Source: a virus
Taxonomy: Duplodnaviria; Caudoviricetes
Direction: 5' to 3' (one strand)
DNA: 63,582 nt
Virus record (IMG/VR): IMGVR_UViG_3300036846_000316
Location: 1 to 63,582 of that record
Both the position numbers and the translations under genes were made by a program. Under the pieces are notes generated by a model. It had not been told where the DNA came from, did no database searches, and saw nothing but the letters and a program-made list of their open reading frames with translations. Shown piece after piece: positions 28,524 through 38,841 of the stretch. Numbering within the stretch: position 1 is the first letter of the stretch; each line of letters begins with the position of its first letter.

Positions 28524-31500
28524 TCAACCCGTCGGTGGGAACGAGAACGGGATATTCTCCTCGGGCACCTTGTAGGTCGGCGCGAGGTCGAGGATCGCCT
28601 TGCCAGCCCGAGAACCCAAGTTCTTCTTGGCCGTCTCAAGCTCTTTGTCCTTCCGGCCCTGCTCGGTCTGCAGCTTCTGGTATCCGGTCCAGTTCTTCTT
28701 CTGCAGGGCGTGCACGTCGTTGAACGTGTTGCCGTTGACCAGAACCTTGTCGCCCGAATGCAGGGTCAGCACGTAGCCGCGCGGCCCATTCTGACGCGCC
28801 GAGAACTGCAGCGCGTCGACCCCGCTGCCGTGGTTCATCGGGCTCTTGCCGGTCGGCGAGATCGCCGTCAGCGCCAGCGCCGCGTTGGCAGCATCCTCCG
28901 CCGTCATGCCAGAGTTCTGCTGCCATAGATGCAGGGCGAGGCCGTGCAGCGGTGCGCGGTCCCGGTCGGTGTACAGGTTCTCCAGCGCCGAGTTCGTCAG
29001 TGACGGGTCCTTGTTGGTCTCGACGTCGGTGAACCGCTTGGCGATGAGGTCCTGCGTATCCTTCAGGTCGGCACCATGGGGCATCGTGCGCGGCTTGCTC
29101 TCGGTCGTCTGCAGGTCCTGCCCCTTCTCCATGCGCTCGCGCTTGTGCTTGAAGTCCTCGTCGAGCCCTTTGATCTTGGCGTCCCACCGCGCCTTCTGCG
29201 CCGCCAGCGCCGGGGTGACCGACTTGCTCCATTCATTCTTCGGCACGATCTTCTCGGCGTAGGCGAGGTAGCGCTCGCGCTCCTGCTCGTACTGATCGCG
29301 GATCATGTTCTTCGCCTGCTGGTAGCTCAGTTGGAGCCCCTGCGATTGGTAGTCTTCAATAGACTGCAGCGGCTCGCGCGGAGCCTTTTCCATCTGCTGT
29401 TGTTCCAACTCTTCGATGGTCGGCTGCTTCGGCTGCTGCGGTTGCTGCCCCGCCCCCGGCTGCTGCGTTTGCGCTGGCTGTGTTTGAGCAGGCGGGGGCG
29501 GGGGCTTCGGCCCGGCTCCGGCCTGAGGCGGCGGGGGCGGGGCTGGAACAACAGGACGGACACCCTGCTGCGGCGGCTGTGGACCGCCGCCGGGATGCAC
29601 CGGGGCAAGCGCCGACGGGTCCGGCTCCATGTTCGGCTGGCCAGTCGGGGTCTGGGTGGCGCTCGCTCCTCCTGAAGCCTGAGCGACCTGTGGAGCGGGA
29701 GCCTGCGGGGCTGGTGCGGCCGGGGGTTGCGTCGGCCCAGCCGGAGCCGCTGAAGGCTGGGCCGCAGGACGGGTCGTACCCGGCACCTGCGGCTGGGTCT
29801 GTATCGCTGGAGCTTGGGGCGGTGGCGCAGCAGGCTGGGGCGGGTCGTAGCCCATCACGTCCCAACCGAGCTTGCCAGTCGCCATGCCGAGCGACAGGTT
29901 CATGATGGTCTGCTGGGTGAGCGGCATGCTCATCGTCGTCTTCCCGTTCTTGTCGAGGACGATGATTTGGTTGCCGTGCACCACGGCGTGCTTTTGGTCC
30001 GGCAGGTACTGGTAGCCTTGCGTCAGCAACTGCGCGGCCTGCTGCAGATTACCCGACTGCGCCGCCTTCGCAGCGGCGACACCGAAGGGGCGGCTCTGCT
30101 GTACGCCGAACTGGGCGACGTCGTACGCCGCATGGTCCGCCAACTCAGGATGGCCCTGCTGCATGTACCATTCGTGCGTCGACTTGATCGCCGCTTCCAT
30201 GCGCTGCTGCGGCGTCATCGAGCCCTGCGGGTCGATGGTGCGCATCAGATCGCCCATGGTCTTGTTGTCCGGCGCGTCGGTGCCGTCGTAGACCTGCTGC
30301 GGGTGCTGCGCGCCGACCTGATGGGCGACCTTCACGGCCCCCGACATATAGTCGGTGCCAGTCTCCATGTGGCCGCCGGGCACCGGGTTCTCGACCCGGA
30401 TCGTCTTGCCGTTCGCGTCCATGATCACGCGCTGGCCGACATGCGGCTGGGTGCGCCCCTCGCGGTCCACCGCTGCGATGTTGTCGGGATCGAGCGCGTC
30501 CTTGACCGGATCGTACGCCTCGTCGCGGGTCTGGTCGGTTAGCGCCTTCCACGGATGGCCAGTCGCGATGCCCTGCCGCTGGCCGCCGTCGCCGCGCTTC
30601 GCCGTCACCGTGATGGCAGGCAACTGGCCGCCTTTGGTTCTTGCCGCATAGCTCGGATCGTCTTGGTAGTACTGGTCCGGGCTGTCGTTTTGTGGGCGGT
30701 TGTCCGGCATCTCAGTCGGCCCGCCCGTCTCGCCGGGGTCACGCACCACTTGATCGGTCGGCACGTCGCGGCGTCCCGTCCGGTAGCCACCGGGGGTCGC
30801 GCCGCCGTAGGTCGCGCCACCGAACCTGTTGCCACCGAACCTGTTGCCGCCGGGGGTCGCGCCGCCGGGGGTCGCGCCGCCGTACTTGTTGCCGCCGTAG
30901 GTCCCGCCGCCGTAGCGCGGCTCCTCCTCGACCGGCACATCGGGTCCGCCGGACTGCAGCCACACCGGCTTGCCCTGTTCGTCGTAAACGACCCGCCCTT
31001 CCGGCGGCGTGGTGTCGCCGCCATCGGCGAAGCTGCGCACCGTGCCGCCCCGGCGGTAAGCCTGCTCCCGTCCCGTCGGCGGACCCGGCGGCGAGAGGTA
31101 GTCGTTCTGCTCGCGCAGCGACCTGTCGATGTTCGTGTTGTCAGGCTTGGCCGCTCGGTCGACCATCGCGTCCCGCTGCGCCTGCCACGCCTTGTCGACC
31201 GAGCCACCCTTGGCGAATTGTGGGGCCTGCTCGCGTCGATACACGCCCGTGTTCCCACGCTGCGACGGCGGGGTGATCTCGCCCTCACTGCGGTCCGGTC
31301 GGTCCGGCGTCCTGTCACCGTAACTGCGCTGCCGCGTCGGGTCCGACTTATCGACCGGACCGCCGTCGGCGAAGCGGCGCACCGCGCCGCCCTTGCGATA
31401 GCCCGCTCGTGTGATCGCACTCTCCGCATTGCGATAGTCGATCATCGACTTGGCTGCTTTCGAGCGGTTAACCGACATCATCGGATCGTGGTAATACTCC

Positions 31501-32417
31501 CAAGCAGGCGGCCTCACAGGACGACTACCTGCGGTCGACCGATTGACTTCCTGAGCGAGCGGGTCGTCATCGACAGGACCACCGTCGGCGAACTTGCGCA
31601 CACCCCGCTTGCGGATGCGACCGCCCCGGCGCGCTACGTCCATGCCTGCACCAGCGTCGTAGCTCGACGTGTCCGGCGGGCTGTAGTCCGTCGAGATCGC
31701 CTGAGTGACCGGCGGCGCTGCAGTGTCACCGTACCCAGAACCCGGGCCATTCGTTCCTGCGCTGGGCTGCAGCGGCGTGGGATCGCCCGTCGCCGGTTGG
31801 GGGGAGAGGTCGGTCGACGGACCCCGCGTGATGGTCGGTTGCGCAGGCGCAGGCGGATTGCCCGCCTGCTTATTCATCTTGTTCGCCGCGTTGATGCCCG
31901 CCGTCATCATCGACGACATCAACTGCTGACGTCGCGCCTTGCCGCCCGAGGCGAACCGCTGCGGTGGGATTTTGCCACCGCGTGCGTCGGACGACACATC
32001 CGTCGGCGCGTCGGGCGTACTGTCGCCGCCGCCACCATCGCTGTTATTGTTGATGACCGTCGTGCCGCCGCTGTCCGGCGGAGGCGAGCCGACATCGCCA
32101 TGCTGCGCGGCGTAGCTCATGAACTGCTGCGACCCCGGCGAGAGCGTCGCGCCGCCCGCGCCGCCACCGCCGCCTCTCGGCTGCCAGCGGTTCGCCTTGT
32201 TGGCGTTCGCCGACGCGAGGTTCACGTACGCGTCGGTCTTGGCTTTGTTGAGCCCGTAGGTCTGGCTGTACTTGTAGGCGTCGAGCTTGTTCTTCTCGCG
32301 GGCGATGTCGCGGGCATCCTTGCGGTCCTGCGCCTTGGATGCGAACTCCATCCAACTGTTGCCGATCTGTGCGCCCTTGGTGAAGTTGTCGACGAAGTGC
32401 TGGAGAGCCTTGCTCAT
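28524..32417 (-). CDS. Putative internal virion / ejection protein with repeated FAxGG motifs
   Basis: 1297 aa, low complexity; repeated RRGG/FADGG pairs; position among ejection genes. Confidence 0.7.
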   Translation of the reverse strand: MSKALQHFVDNFTKGAQIGNSWMEFASKAQDRKDARDIAREKNKLDAYKYSQTYGLNKAKTDAYVNLASANANKANRWQPRGGGGGAGGATLSPGSQQFMSYAAQHGDVGSPPPDSGGTTVINNNSDGGGGDSTPDAPTDVSSDARGGKIPPQRFASGGKARRQQLMSSMMTAGINAANKMNKQAGNPPAPAQPTITRGPSTDLSPQPATGDPTPLQPSAGTNGPGSGYGDTAAPPVTQAISTDYSPPDTSSYDAGAGMDVARRGGRIRKRGVRKFADGGPVDDDPLAQEVNRSTAGSRPVRPPAWEYYHDPMMSVNRSKAAKSMIDYRNAESAITRAGYRKGGAVRRFADGGPVDKSDPTRQRSYGDRTPDRPDRSEGEITPPSQRGNTGVYRREQAPQFAKGGSVDKAWQAQRDAMVDRAAKPDNTNIDRSLREQNDYLSPPGPPTGREQAYRRGGTVRSFADGGDTTPPEGRVVYDEQGKPVWLQSGGPDVPVEEEPRYGGGTYGGNKYGGATPGGATPGGNRFGGNRFGGATYGGATPGGYRTGRRDVPTDQVVRDPGETGGPTEMPDNRPQNDSPDQYYQDDPSYAARTKGGQLPAITVTAKRGDGGQRQGIATGHPWKALTDQTRDEAYDPVKDALDPDNIAAVDREGRTQPHVGQRVIMDANGKTIRVENPVPGGHMETGTDYMSGAVKVAHQVGAQHPQQVYDGTDAPDNKTMGDLMRTIDPQGSMTPQQRMEAAIKSTHEWYMQQGHPELADHAAYDVAQFGVQQSRPFGVAAAKAAQSGNLQQAAQLLTQGYQYLPDQKHAVVHGNQIIVLDKNGKTTMSMPLTQQTIMNLSLGMATGKLGWDVMGYDPPQPAAPPPQAPAIQTQPQVPGTTRPAAQPSAAPAGPTQPPAAPAPQAPAPQVAQASGGASATQTPTGQPNMEPDPSALAPVHPGGGPQPPQQGVRPVVPAPPPPPQAGAGPKPPPPPAQTQPAQTQQPGAGQQPQQPKQPTIEELEQQQMEKAPREPLQSIEDYQSQGLQLSYQQAKNMIRDQYEQERERYLAYAEKIVPKNEWSKSVTPALAAQKARWDAKIKGLDEDFKHKRERMEKGQDLQTTESKPRTMPHGADLKDTQDLIAKRFTDVETNKDPSLTNSALENLYTDRDRAPLHGLALHLWQQNSGMTAEDAANAALALTAISPTGKSPMNHGSGVDALQFSARQNGPRGYVLTLHSGDKVLVNGNTFNDVHALQKKNWTGYQKLQTEQGRKDKELETAKKNLGSRAGKAILDLAPTYKVPEENIPFSFPPTG
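30787..30915 (-). repeat. 15-bp tandem repeat encoding GG(AT/NK/NR)(P/Y/F) pentapeptides
   Basis: YGGGTYGGNKYGGATPGGATPGGNRFGGNRFGGATYGGATPGG. Confidence 0.85.
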
Positions 32418-33745
32418 GTGCGCGCTCCTTCCGACCGGAACTGCGGCGGCATCGTATCGAGTGCAGCCATCTGCTGGCCATCCATCGCGTGCTCCTCGGG
32501 CTGAGCCGGGGAGTTCTTCTGCTGATCGTTGTCCGCCTTCATGATCAGGTTCTGGAAGAACTTCTCGCCATACCAGTCGACTGTGCGCTCGGGAACCACG
32601 AACTCTCCGGCGTTCACCATGGCGTGCACATCGTCGGTATTCTGACCGCCGCTCGGCGACATGCTGGGATCGACGAAGTGCGAAGGATCGTCGCCACCAC
32701 CGCCCATCGGTGGCGGCCCCGTGTCGATGGCCCCACCCTGTGCGTAGCGCGGGACGCGCCGACCCCGCGCCGGAATTTTACCACCCGTCGCAGCCGTCGC
32801 TGCCGCACCCGCCGCCTTGCCGAGGCTCGATCCGACCGCGCTGCCCATCGGGCCGAAGAACGATCCCGCGATGCCACCCGCCAGCGGCAGGATCGTGCTC
32901 ATGAACCCGCCATCGCTGTTCTCGGCGTTCAGCTTTTGCGCCTGCAGTTCCTGATTGTAGGAGTTCGACATCGTGTTGCCCCACTGCTGCATGTAGGGCT
33001 CGGCCGAATTGTAGTAGCCCATCGACGGCGCGTACGCGCCCGCCGTGGTGGTGACCGCCGTCTCGGGGGCCTGCACCTGCTGGGTGCGGTTCGCCGTCGC
33101 CAGACCCGCCTGCTGGCCGCCCACGCCCGCCTCGCCCTGCTCGCTTGTCAGCGCGCCCGTCGTCACGTTGCGTGCCTCGGTGCGCGCCTGCATGCGGCCC
33201 TGTTCGGCCGCCGCCGTGGTCGCCGCCGCGCGGCCGATCCGCGCCTGCGTATCCAGCGCCGTCGAAGCGACGCCCGGCGAGATGCCCATCGACGTCTGCT
33301 TGCGCTGCTCGGCCTGCAGTTGCTGGTCGATGCCGGTCGCGGCGTCCGCGCCGTACTTGCCCGCGTAGCTCTCCTCGGTCTGCGGCAGGTTCTTGATCAT
33401 GCGCGTCGCATCGTCGGCCTGCGCCTGATAGAGCGGCTGCGACTGCTGCTGCCAGTTCTGCATGGTCGTGTCGGACACACCCTGCTGCCCGGTCGCCGCC
33501 GTGCCTGCCGCCCCGCTGACCGTCTTCGCCAAGCTGCTAAGATCGAGCCCCTGCTGTTGCGCCCAACTGTAGAGATCGCGGCCGTAGCCGGTCAGCGTGT
33601 TGCCCGTCGCCGTCATCGCGGCGATGTAGTTGCTGTAGTCCGGCGGCTGGCCGACCGTCGCCCCGCCCCCGCCGCCGTAGCAGATGTTGCGATGCAGCCG
33701 GTAGTCGTCCGGTCCGTCGATAGGCTGCCAATTACGCATAGACAT
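32414..33745 (-). CDS. Putative DNA-transfer / ejection protein
   Basis: Ala/Gln-rich helical body, Gly-rich hydrophobic segment, C-terminal YAQGG...TDDVHAMVNAGEFVVP motif also seen in tape-measure proteins. Confidence 0.7.
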   Translation of the reverse strand: MSMRNWQPIDGPDDYRLHRNICYGGGGGATVGQPPDYSNYIAAMTATGNTLTGYGRDLYSWAQQQGLDLSSLAKTVSGAAGTAATGQQGVSDTTMQNWQQQSQPLYQAQADDATRMIKNLPQTEESYAGKYGADAATGIDQQLQAEQRKQTSMGISPGVASTALDTQARIGRAAATTAAAEQGRMQARTEARNVTTGALTSEQGEAGVGGQQAGLATANRTQQVQAPETAVTTTAGAYAPSMGYYNSAEPYMQQWGNTMSNSYNQELQAQKLNAENSDGGFMSTILPLAGGIAGSFFGPMGSAVGSSLGKAAGAAATAATGGKIPARGRRVPRYAQGGAIDTGPPPMGGGGDDPSHFVDPSMSPSGGQNTDDVHAMVNAGEFVVPERTVDWYGEKFFQNLIMKADNDQQKNSPAQPEEHAMDGQQMAALDTMPPQFRSEGART

Positions 33746-34193
33746 CCTCCCCTCGACGGTGGCCGTTAACCTGCAGGAAGCGCTTACGCAGGTTAAGCCA
33801 TCGACAGTTCTCGCGCAGCATGGAAAACAGGATCAGGTCCCCGTCTGGGATGGCGTCCTCAATTGTGTACTCGTGCGTAAATCCCGCCCGCTGGACCTGC
33901 TGCAGGGAGGGGATATTGCTGGAACCAACCGTGCACAGAACCTTCTTCACACCCAGTTGCTCGAAGCAATAGTCGAACAGGACCCACATCAGGAGCGGGC
34001 TGCACCAGTGGCCGCCGACCCCCGCCATGTGGGTCATGACCGACGCCCCGGTGAAGTTGGTCAGGATGAAGCCGCCGAGGAAGTTGCCGTCGTGGTCGAG
34101 CCGACTGAGGCACTTGTCGACGTCCGGGTCGAACCCGGTGCGCGCCGCGCGGGCGATCAGGCCGCCATGACGGATATCGCCGGACCAGATCAT
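33732..34193 (-). CDS. GNAT-fold acetyltransferase-like virion assembly protein
   Basis: FDYCFEQLGVKK...N..S......GFTHE; position between nozzle and ejection genes. Confidence 0.75.
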   Translation of the reverse strand: MIWSGDIRHGGLIARAARTGFDPDVDKCLSRLDHDGNFLGGFILTNFTGASVMTHMAGVGGHWCSPLLMWVLFDYCFEQLGVKKVLCTVGSSNIPSLQQVQRAGFTHEYTIEDAIPDGDLILFSMLRENCRWLNLRKRFLQVNGHRRGEDVYA

Positions 34194-34465
34194 ACGAGGT
34201 TCCCCACGATGCGCCAGTTGCCGCCCAGCGCAACGCTGAGCGTTGTCGTCTCGGCCGAGTGTAGCCAGAAGTCACCATCGGCGAATTTGGTCGGCTGGGT
34301 CGGCTGAAGGAACATCACGGGTCGGCGCGCACTGCCCATTGGACTGGGCGCGCGCATCATGCGTTCGACCTGCTGCTTCAGCGCCACGCACGTCGCGGTC
34401 AAGGCGGTCAAATCGGGTCGCGGCACCGGGATGGCGGGGACGATGACAGGCGCTTGTTCCATCAC
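34190..34465 (-). CDS. Hypothetical virion-module protein
   Basis: Coupled ORF; PT..ADGDFW module. Confidence 0.6.
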   Translation of the reverse strand: MMEQAPVIVPAIPVPRPDLTALTATCVALKQQVERMMRAPSPMGSARRPVMFLQPTQPTKFADGDFWLHSAETTTLSVALGGNWRIVGNLV

Positions 34466-36261
34466 ACCTTCCTCAATTCATGCGGGGTCTGCGCGCAATG
34501 GATCGCGTCGATCACGGCGTAGCCTTCGACCTCGAACTGGTAGTACAGCGCCTTGTAGCCAGACGGCAGCCGGAACATCTCGCCCGACTGGTCCAGCTTG
34601 CGCTCGTAGCGCAGCGGCAGACCCTCGTCGGTCGAGAGCGCGTGGTCACTGGCGTACACCCGGAACATGGTCGGGTTCGGCTGCGTCGAGGGATCGGAGG
34701 GCGTGAAGTAGACCTTCGCCGCGCCGAGGTTCTGCAGATAGGGCAGAGTGAAAATCTTCGAGCGCCAGCGGTAGCTGGCGTAGGGCGCAAGCTGACGGGT
34801 GTCGACGAGGTAGACCACGCCGTCGCGCAGCACCATCGTCTCGCCGTTGAAGATGTCGGTGATCACGTTGATCACGATGTCAGGGGTCGGATCGAGCGTC
34901 GTGATCGCCAACCGCTGGTCGGCCAGCGAGATGAACGCTCCCGGCCGTCGACCGTAGAAGCTCTCCTGCTGGAAGGCATCCTGCTGGAACGCCGTGAAGG
35001 CGTCGCCGCCCTCGACCGAGTTCTGGAACACGCCGGGCGAGGTCCCCGAGTAGCAGTAATAGGCTTGGCTCAGGATCGAGGCCATGACGGTCGACAGGTT
35101 CAGCCGCGCCGCCCACTGGCTCTTGAGGATCATCTGCGCCGTGAGGTTCACCGCGCCGGACGGCGTGATGTTGATCAGCCCGTTGGGCGAGCAGTAGAGC
35201 ACGCCGTTGGGCGTATTGACGATGGAGCGCATCGACGTGCACGGCTCCAGCGGCTGGATTTTCGCCAGCGCCATCTGACCCGGAGCCGTGCCGGTCGCCC
35301 CGTAGGGCTGGCCTTCGCACAGGATGATCAGCGACTGATCGTACACCCCGAGGCCGACGATCTTCGGGTCGACGCCGATCACGTACTGGATCGGCCACGC
35401 GTGCGGGTACCACGGTTCGCAGAACCAGACTTCATTGTCGCGCCAGCCCGCCACCATCCCGTTGGGCATGGTGATCAGCCCCTGCAAGTCGGCAGGCGGC
35501 GCGGACCATGTCGTCGTCGTGAGTTGGTCGTTGTTGACGATGATGCCATCCGTGTTGACGGTGCAATCGTCATCGTAGGTCGTTGTGGCAATTGGCAACT
35601 CGACGACAAAGAAGAACGTCGACACACCCTGCGCGCTGACCACCGTGCGGTAGACCCGCAGCAATGTCAGGTCGCGGTTGTCGGTGTCCGCCGTAGTCGG
35701 CGGCGTAAAGGTGAGATGGTAAGTAGCATCGAGCAGGCCGACGGTGTTCGACGGCGGCGATGGCGGGCCTTCTTCGCCGTTCGCCGTCACCCACGTATAG
35801 ACGTAGTCAACCGTTTTACTTTCACTACTCACCCCTCCCGACGATGTGACGCCGGGCGCGACCGACGGCGGCGGCACCCCCAGCAGGAAAGGCGCGTCGC
35901 CGTTCTTGATCATCGTCTCGGTCATCATCTTCGGCGCGACGCCGTCCGCCCAGTAGTACCGGGGATCAGTCTGCCCCACGACCGGGCTCTTGATCACCCG
36001 AACGTTGTCGTTCTGAAACTCCAGCCAGTAGCTGTCGACCATGTTGTCGACGCCGGGATCGCCCTTGGGCACCCGGAAGAAAGAACGGCTCGCTGCATTT
36101 TGGAGCGTGTAGATAGGCTGCAGCGAGCGCACAGGTTCGATCCGCCCCGAAAGCAACCATGCATTGATGCTGTCGGCCGCTTGGGTATTCCCGATCAGGC
36201 GTTCGTCGATGGCAGGGACCTCGCCACCAAACTCCGCAATTGCAATCGGAGGGATCGGCAT
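34462..36261 (-). CDS. Tail nozzle / tubular protein B-like
   Basis: FGGEVP.IDERL start, YVYTWVT..GEEGPPS, MPNGMVAG...FCEPWYPHAWP, RWRSKIF. Confidence 0.75.
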   Translation of the reverse strand: MPIPPIAIAEFGGEVPAIDERLIGNTQAADSINAWLLSGRIEPVRSLQPIYTLQNAASRSFFRVPKGDPGVDNMVDSYWLEFQNDNVRVIKSPVVGQTDPRYYWADGVAPKMMTETMIKNGDAPFLLGVPPPSVAPGVTSSGGVSSESKTVDYVYTWVTANGEEGPPSPPSNTVGLLDATYHLTFTPPTTADTDNRDLTLLRVYRTVVSAQGVSTFFFVVELPIATTTYDDDCTVNTDGIIVNNDQLTTTTWSAPPADLQGLITMPNGMVAGWRDNEVWFCEPWYPHAWPIQYVIGVDPKIVGLGVYDQSLIILCEGQPYGATGTAPGQMALAKIQPLEPCTSMRSIVNTPNGVLYCSPNGLINITPSGAVNLTAQMILKSQWAARLNLSTVMASILSQAYYCYSGTSPGVFQNSVEGGDAFTAFQQDAFQQESFYGRRPGAFISLADQRLAITTLDPTPDIVINVITDIFNGETMVLRDGVVYLVDTRQLAPYASYRWRSKIFTLPYLQNLGAAKVYFTPSDPSTQPNPTMFRVYASDHALSTDEGLPLRYERKLDQSGEMFRLPSGYKALYYQFEVEGYAVIDAIHCAQTPHELRKV

Positions 36262-36262
36262 G

Positions 36263-36279
36263 TCACGCCCCGGGCGTTA
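36263..36279. repeat. 17-bp palindrome variant (copy 10)
   Basis: TCACGCCCCGGGCGTTA; includes the TAA stop of the upstream gene and lies 1 bp before the next ATG. Confidence 0.9.
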
Positions 36280-36813
36280 CGGACGCGTCCGGTGCTGCTC
36301 CGGCTGCTGGCCGGTATGCGGCTCGTGCCCCGGTTCGTACGTCCGAGGCGCAGCCGATGCAGGCTGCGGCGGTGGTGCGACCGGCTTCTGGTCCTTGTTG
36401 GGCTTCATCATCTCAAGCTGCTCGGCGAGGGTGGGCGGCGGCGGAGGCGGCAGGTACCGGCTCTCGACCTCGCGTCCGACGATCAGCGCGTCGGCGTCGT
36501 CCATCATCAGCGGGATGGTCGAGACCGTACGCTTGGCAGCCTCCTCGGCCTGCTCCTTCCAGTTGACGTCTTCGATGGGCAGGACCGGATACGGGCTGCC
36601 CATCATGTTGCGGGACGTCACGCTCAACTCGTCCTTGCCCGCGAACGCCTTGGTCGGCTCGGGCTTCGCCGGAGCCGTCGGCTGCACACCCTGATGCGTG
36701 GTCGGCGCGTTCGGATCATGCGTGGTCCCCGAGTGCGCAGGCTGGTGCTGGGCCTGATGCTGCCCACCGTGCTGCGCGTTGTGCTGCGTGTCGTGTTCGT
36801 GCTTGTCGGCCAT
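36277..36813 (-). CDS. Hypothetical His/Gln/Pro-rich protein
   Basis: AGGAG RBS, 178 aa. Confidence 0.65.
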   Translation of the reverse strand: MADKHEHDTQHNAQHGGQHQAQHQPAHSGTTHDPNAPTTHQGVQPTAPAKPEPTKAFAGKDELSVTSRNMMGSPYPVLPIEDVNWKEQAEEAAKRTVSTIPLMMDDADALIVGREVESRYLPPPPPPTLAEQLEMMKPNKDQKPVAPPPQPASAAPRTYEPGHEPHTGQQPEQHRTRP

Positions 36814-36822
36814 CGTGATCTC

Positions 36823-37704
36823 CTAAATCTTGATGATCGCGTTGCGGATGATCGTCTTCTGGACGACCGGGAATGCCTGCGTGTCGCCAGTCACCGTGAA
36901 CGTATGGGTGTGGTTGCCGACCGCAGGACCGCTGCCGACAATACCGAGATTACCGCCCGGAGCGTTGCCGTCAGTAGTTCCACCAATAACCATGTGCGCC
37001 GTCTGGGTCGTACCGCCTGCGCCGACCAGCGTGCCGGTCTTGGTCGTGTCGCCGGGCAGGAAGTTCGAGGCTGCTTCGCCCATCGCCGCCACGGTGCCGC
37101 GCTCGTCCATCAACTGGATCGGCTTGTGATTGCCCCAGTCGGTTGTTGCGTCGGGCCCGCGTCCGCCGGTCACCGGCATGAGGATCGGCAGGTTCCACAC
37201 ATGGGTATAAAGCGACTGGTACATGTTGTCGGCGTGCGTCGCACCCGACGACGCGTCACCGAAGGTGTCGCCGTTCAGTAGCAACCATCCAGCAGGTGGC
37301 GTCGCCGGGTACCAGCCCATGATCAAGCCGGTGAACATTGGCGAGCCGCCTACCAGCAGCGGCTGCCACGCTCCGCCGATGAAGACTTCGGGCAAGCTGA
37401 TGTCGGTATTGAACCTGATCTCACCGGGCTGCGGAGCCGCCGGACGCTGGCCTGACGATCCCGATGGCAGGCCAAACGAGCCGACCACATTGGCAATCCA
37501 TCGGCCAATCGCGCCGACGGCGGAGTAGGCGAGCGGCAGTTCCTGCAGCGGGCCGGGACCGGACGTATCGCGGCCAACCACCATGCCGCCCGCGCCATCG
37601 GTCTCGACGTCGTGGGTGTCGTTCCAGTCGGACGGCTTGGCCAGCGTGCTGTCGGGGCCGTCGGCCTTCTCGCTGATGAAACGATGGACGATCTTCAGAG
37701 CCAT
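36823..37704 (-). CDS. Short tail fibre with collar-like domain
   Basis: G.IRFNT; TGLIMGW....PPAGWLLLNG collar motif; HTHT; C-terminal NAIIKI. Confidence 0.8.
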   Translation of the reverse strand: MALKIVHRFISEKADGPDSTLAKPSDWNDTHDVETDGAGGMVVGRDTSGPGPLQELPLAYSAVGAIGRWIANVVGSFGLPSGSSGQRPAAPQPGEIRFNTDISLPEVFIGGAWQPLLVGGSPMFTGLIMGWYPATPPAGWLLLNGDTFGDASSGATHADNMYQSLYTHVWNLPILMPVTGGRGPDATTDWGNHKPIQLMDERGTVAAMGEAASNFLPGDTTKTGTLVGAGGTTQTAHMVIGGTTDGNAPGGNLGIVGSGPAVGNHTHTFTVTGDTQAFPVVQKTIIRNAIIKI

Positions 37705-38348
37705 CAGGTCCATCCTTTCTTGTGGTACACCGCGAAGCTCTGCGGAAACGCCCAACGCTGGCCGCCGAAGACGTTCGAGTGCAGGGCGTCGGCGCGCGCC
37801 TTGCTGCGCTCCGAGACGTAGACCTGCCAGTTCTGTGACCCCAGCTTGGGGTTCGAGTAGGGCTTGGCGGGCATCGCCTGCAGGCGGCCGAGCACGCCAT
37901 AGTGCAGCCCGTCGCCATACTTATGGATGATCCACTCGTCGCTCGGGTCGATCTCCGGGTAACCATTGGCGTCGGGATCGTCGTAGTTCTTGGCGACCAC
38001 CGCGACCCACGTCCCGGCGTTCGGCTGGTAGCGCACGGTGATGATCCCCGGCACGTACATCTCGATGCCACTCTGCACCCAGTTCTGCGACGGCGACATG
38101 GCAGCTTGGTCATAGACCAGCAGCAGCCGATGTATCTGTCCGAACTTCGCGGGCGTGATGGGATACTGTAAAGTGTTAGGGTCAACATCAAATGGGATTT
38201 GCTCGATCCAGATGTTCGTCCGGTCGGTGAAGTCGCCCCACACCTGCAGCAGCATCTGCTTGAACACCGCATCGGTGACGCCGGGGATTTGGATTTTCAC
38301 ATCGTCGTAGATGCGGCTCCAGACCGTCTTGGGGTTCGGTGTGCTCAT
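37704..38348 (-). CDS. Head-tail adaptor / tail tubular protein A-like
   Basis: G.LGRLQAMP.KPYSNP motif; position. Confidence 0.65.
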   Translation of the reverse strand: MSTPNPKTVWSRIYDDVKIQIPGVTDAVFKQMLLQVWGDFTDRTNIWIEQIPFDVDPNTLQYPITPAKFGQIHRLLLVYDQAAMSPSQNWVQSGIEMYVPGIITVRYQPNAGTWVAVVAKNYDDPDANGYPEIDPSDEWIIHKYGDGLHYGVLGRLQAMPAKPYSNPKLGSQNWQVYVSERSKARADALHSNVFGGQRWAFPQSFAVYHKKGWT

Positions 38349-38830
38349 CCCAGTGACCCCGTGATGATTGCAGACTGGAAGACCTTGAGGAAGCCGGTCG
38401 CCCGGCTGTCTTGGTTCTGCTCGTCGTCGCGCGCCTGCGTGAGGCCGACCACGTAGTAGACGATGGCGGGCATGTACTGCGGCTCGATGCCGATCTGGAC
38501 GTCGAGGTTCTGGGTGTCGAACTGCGGCAACACGAAGCCCACTTCGAGGAACAGGTCCGGCCGAAGCCGGTAGGTCTCCATCATGCACTGGTTGAGGTTG
38601 GTGATCAGGCTGTCGGTCGAGTAGCGATACGCGCCCGCCAGATTGTCGGTATCCTGCAGGAGCGTGCGCACCTGCTCGATCACTTCGCCGACCGTGCCGA
38701 TCTTCTGGGTGTTGCTGTCGTAGTAGCCGACGGTCCACGCCACGCCGTCATAGACATACACCTGCCCGTTCGGCGCAGTGTACTTCTGGCCGGTCGCCGG
38801 GCTAGAGGGGAAGTCCATCGGAGTAGCCAT
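38345..38830 (-). CDS. Adaptor-like protein (DUF6682-like) with N-terminal fibre-type module
   Basis: VRTLLQD....YRYSTDSL...LN.......RLRPDLF. Confidence 0.65.
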   Translation of the reverse strand: MATPMDFPSSPATGQKYTAPNGQVYVYDGVAWTVGYYDSNTQKIGTVGEVIEQVRTLLQDTDNLAGAYRYSTDSLITNLNQCMMETYRLRPDLFLEVGFVLPQFDTQNLDVQIGIEPQYMPAIVYYVVGLTQARDDEQNQDSRATGFLKVFQSAIITGSLG

Positions 38831-38841
38831 GGATCATCCTA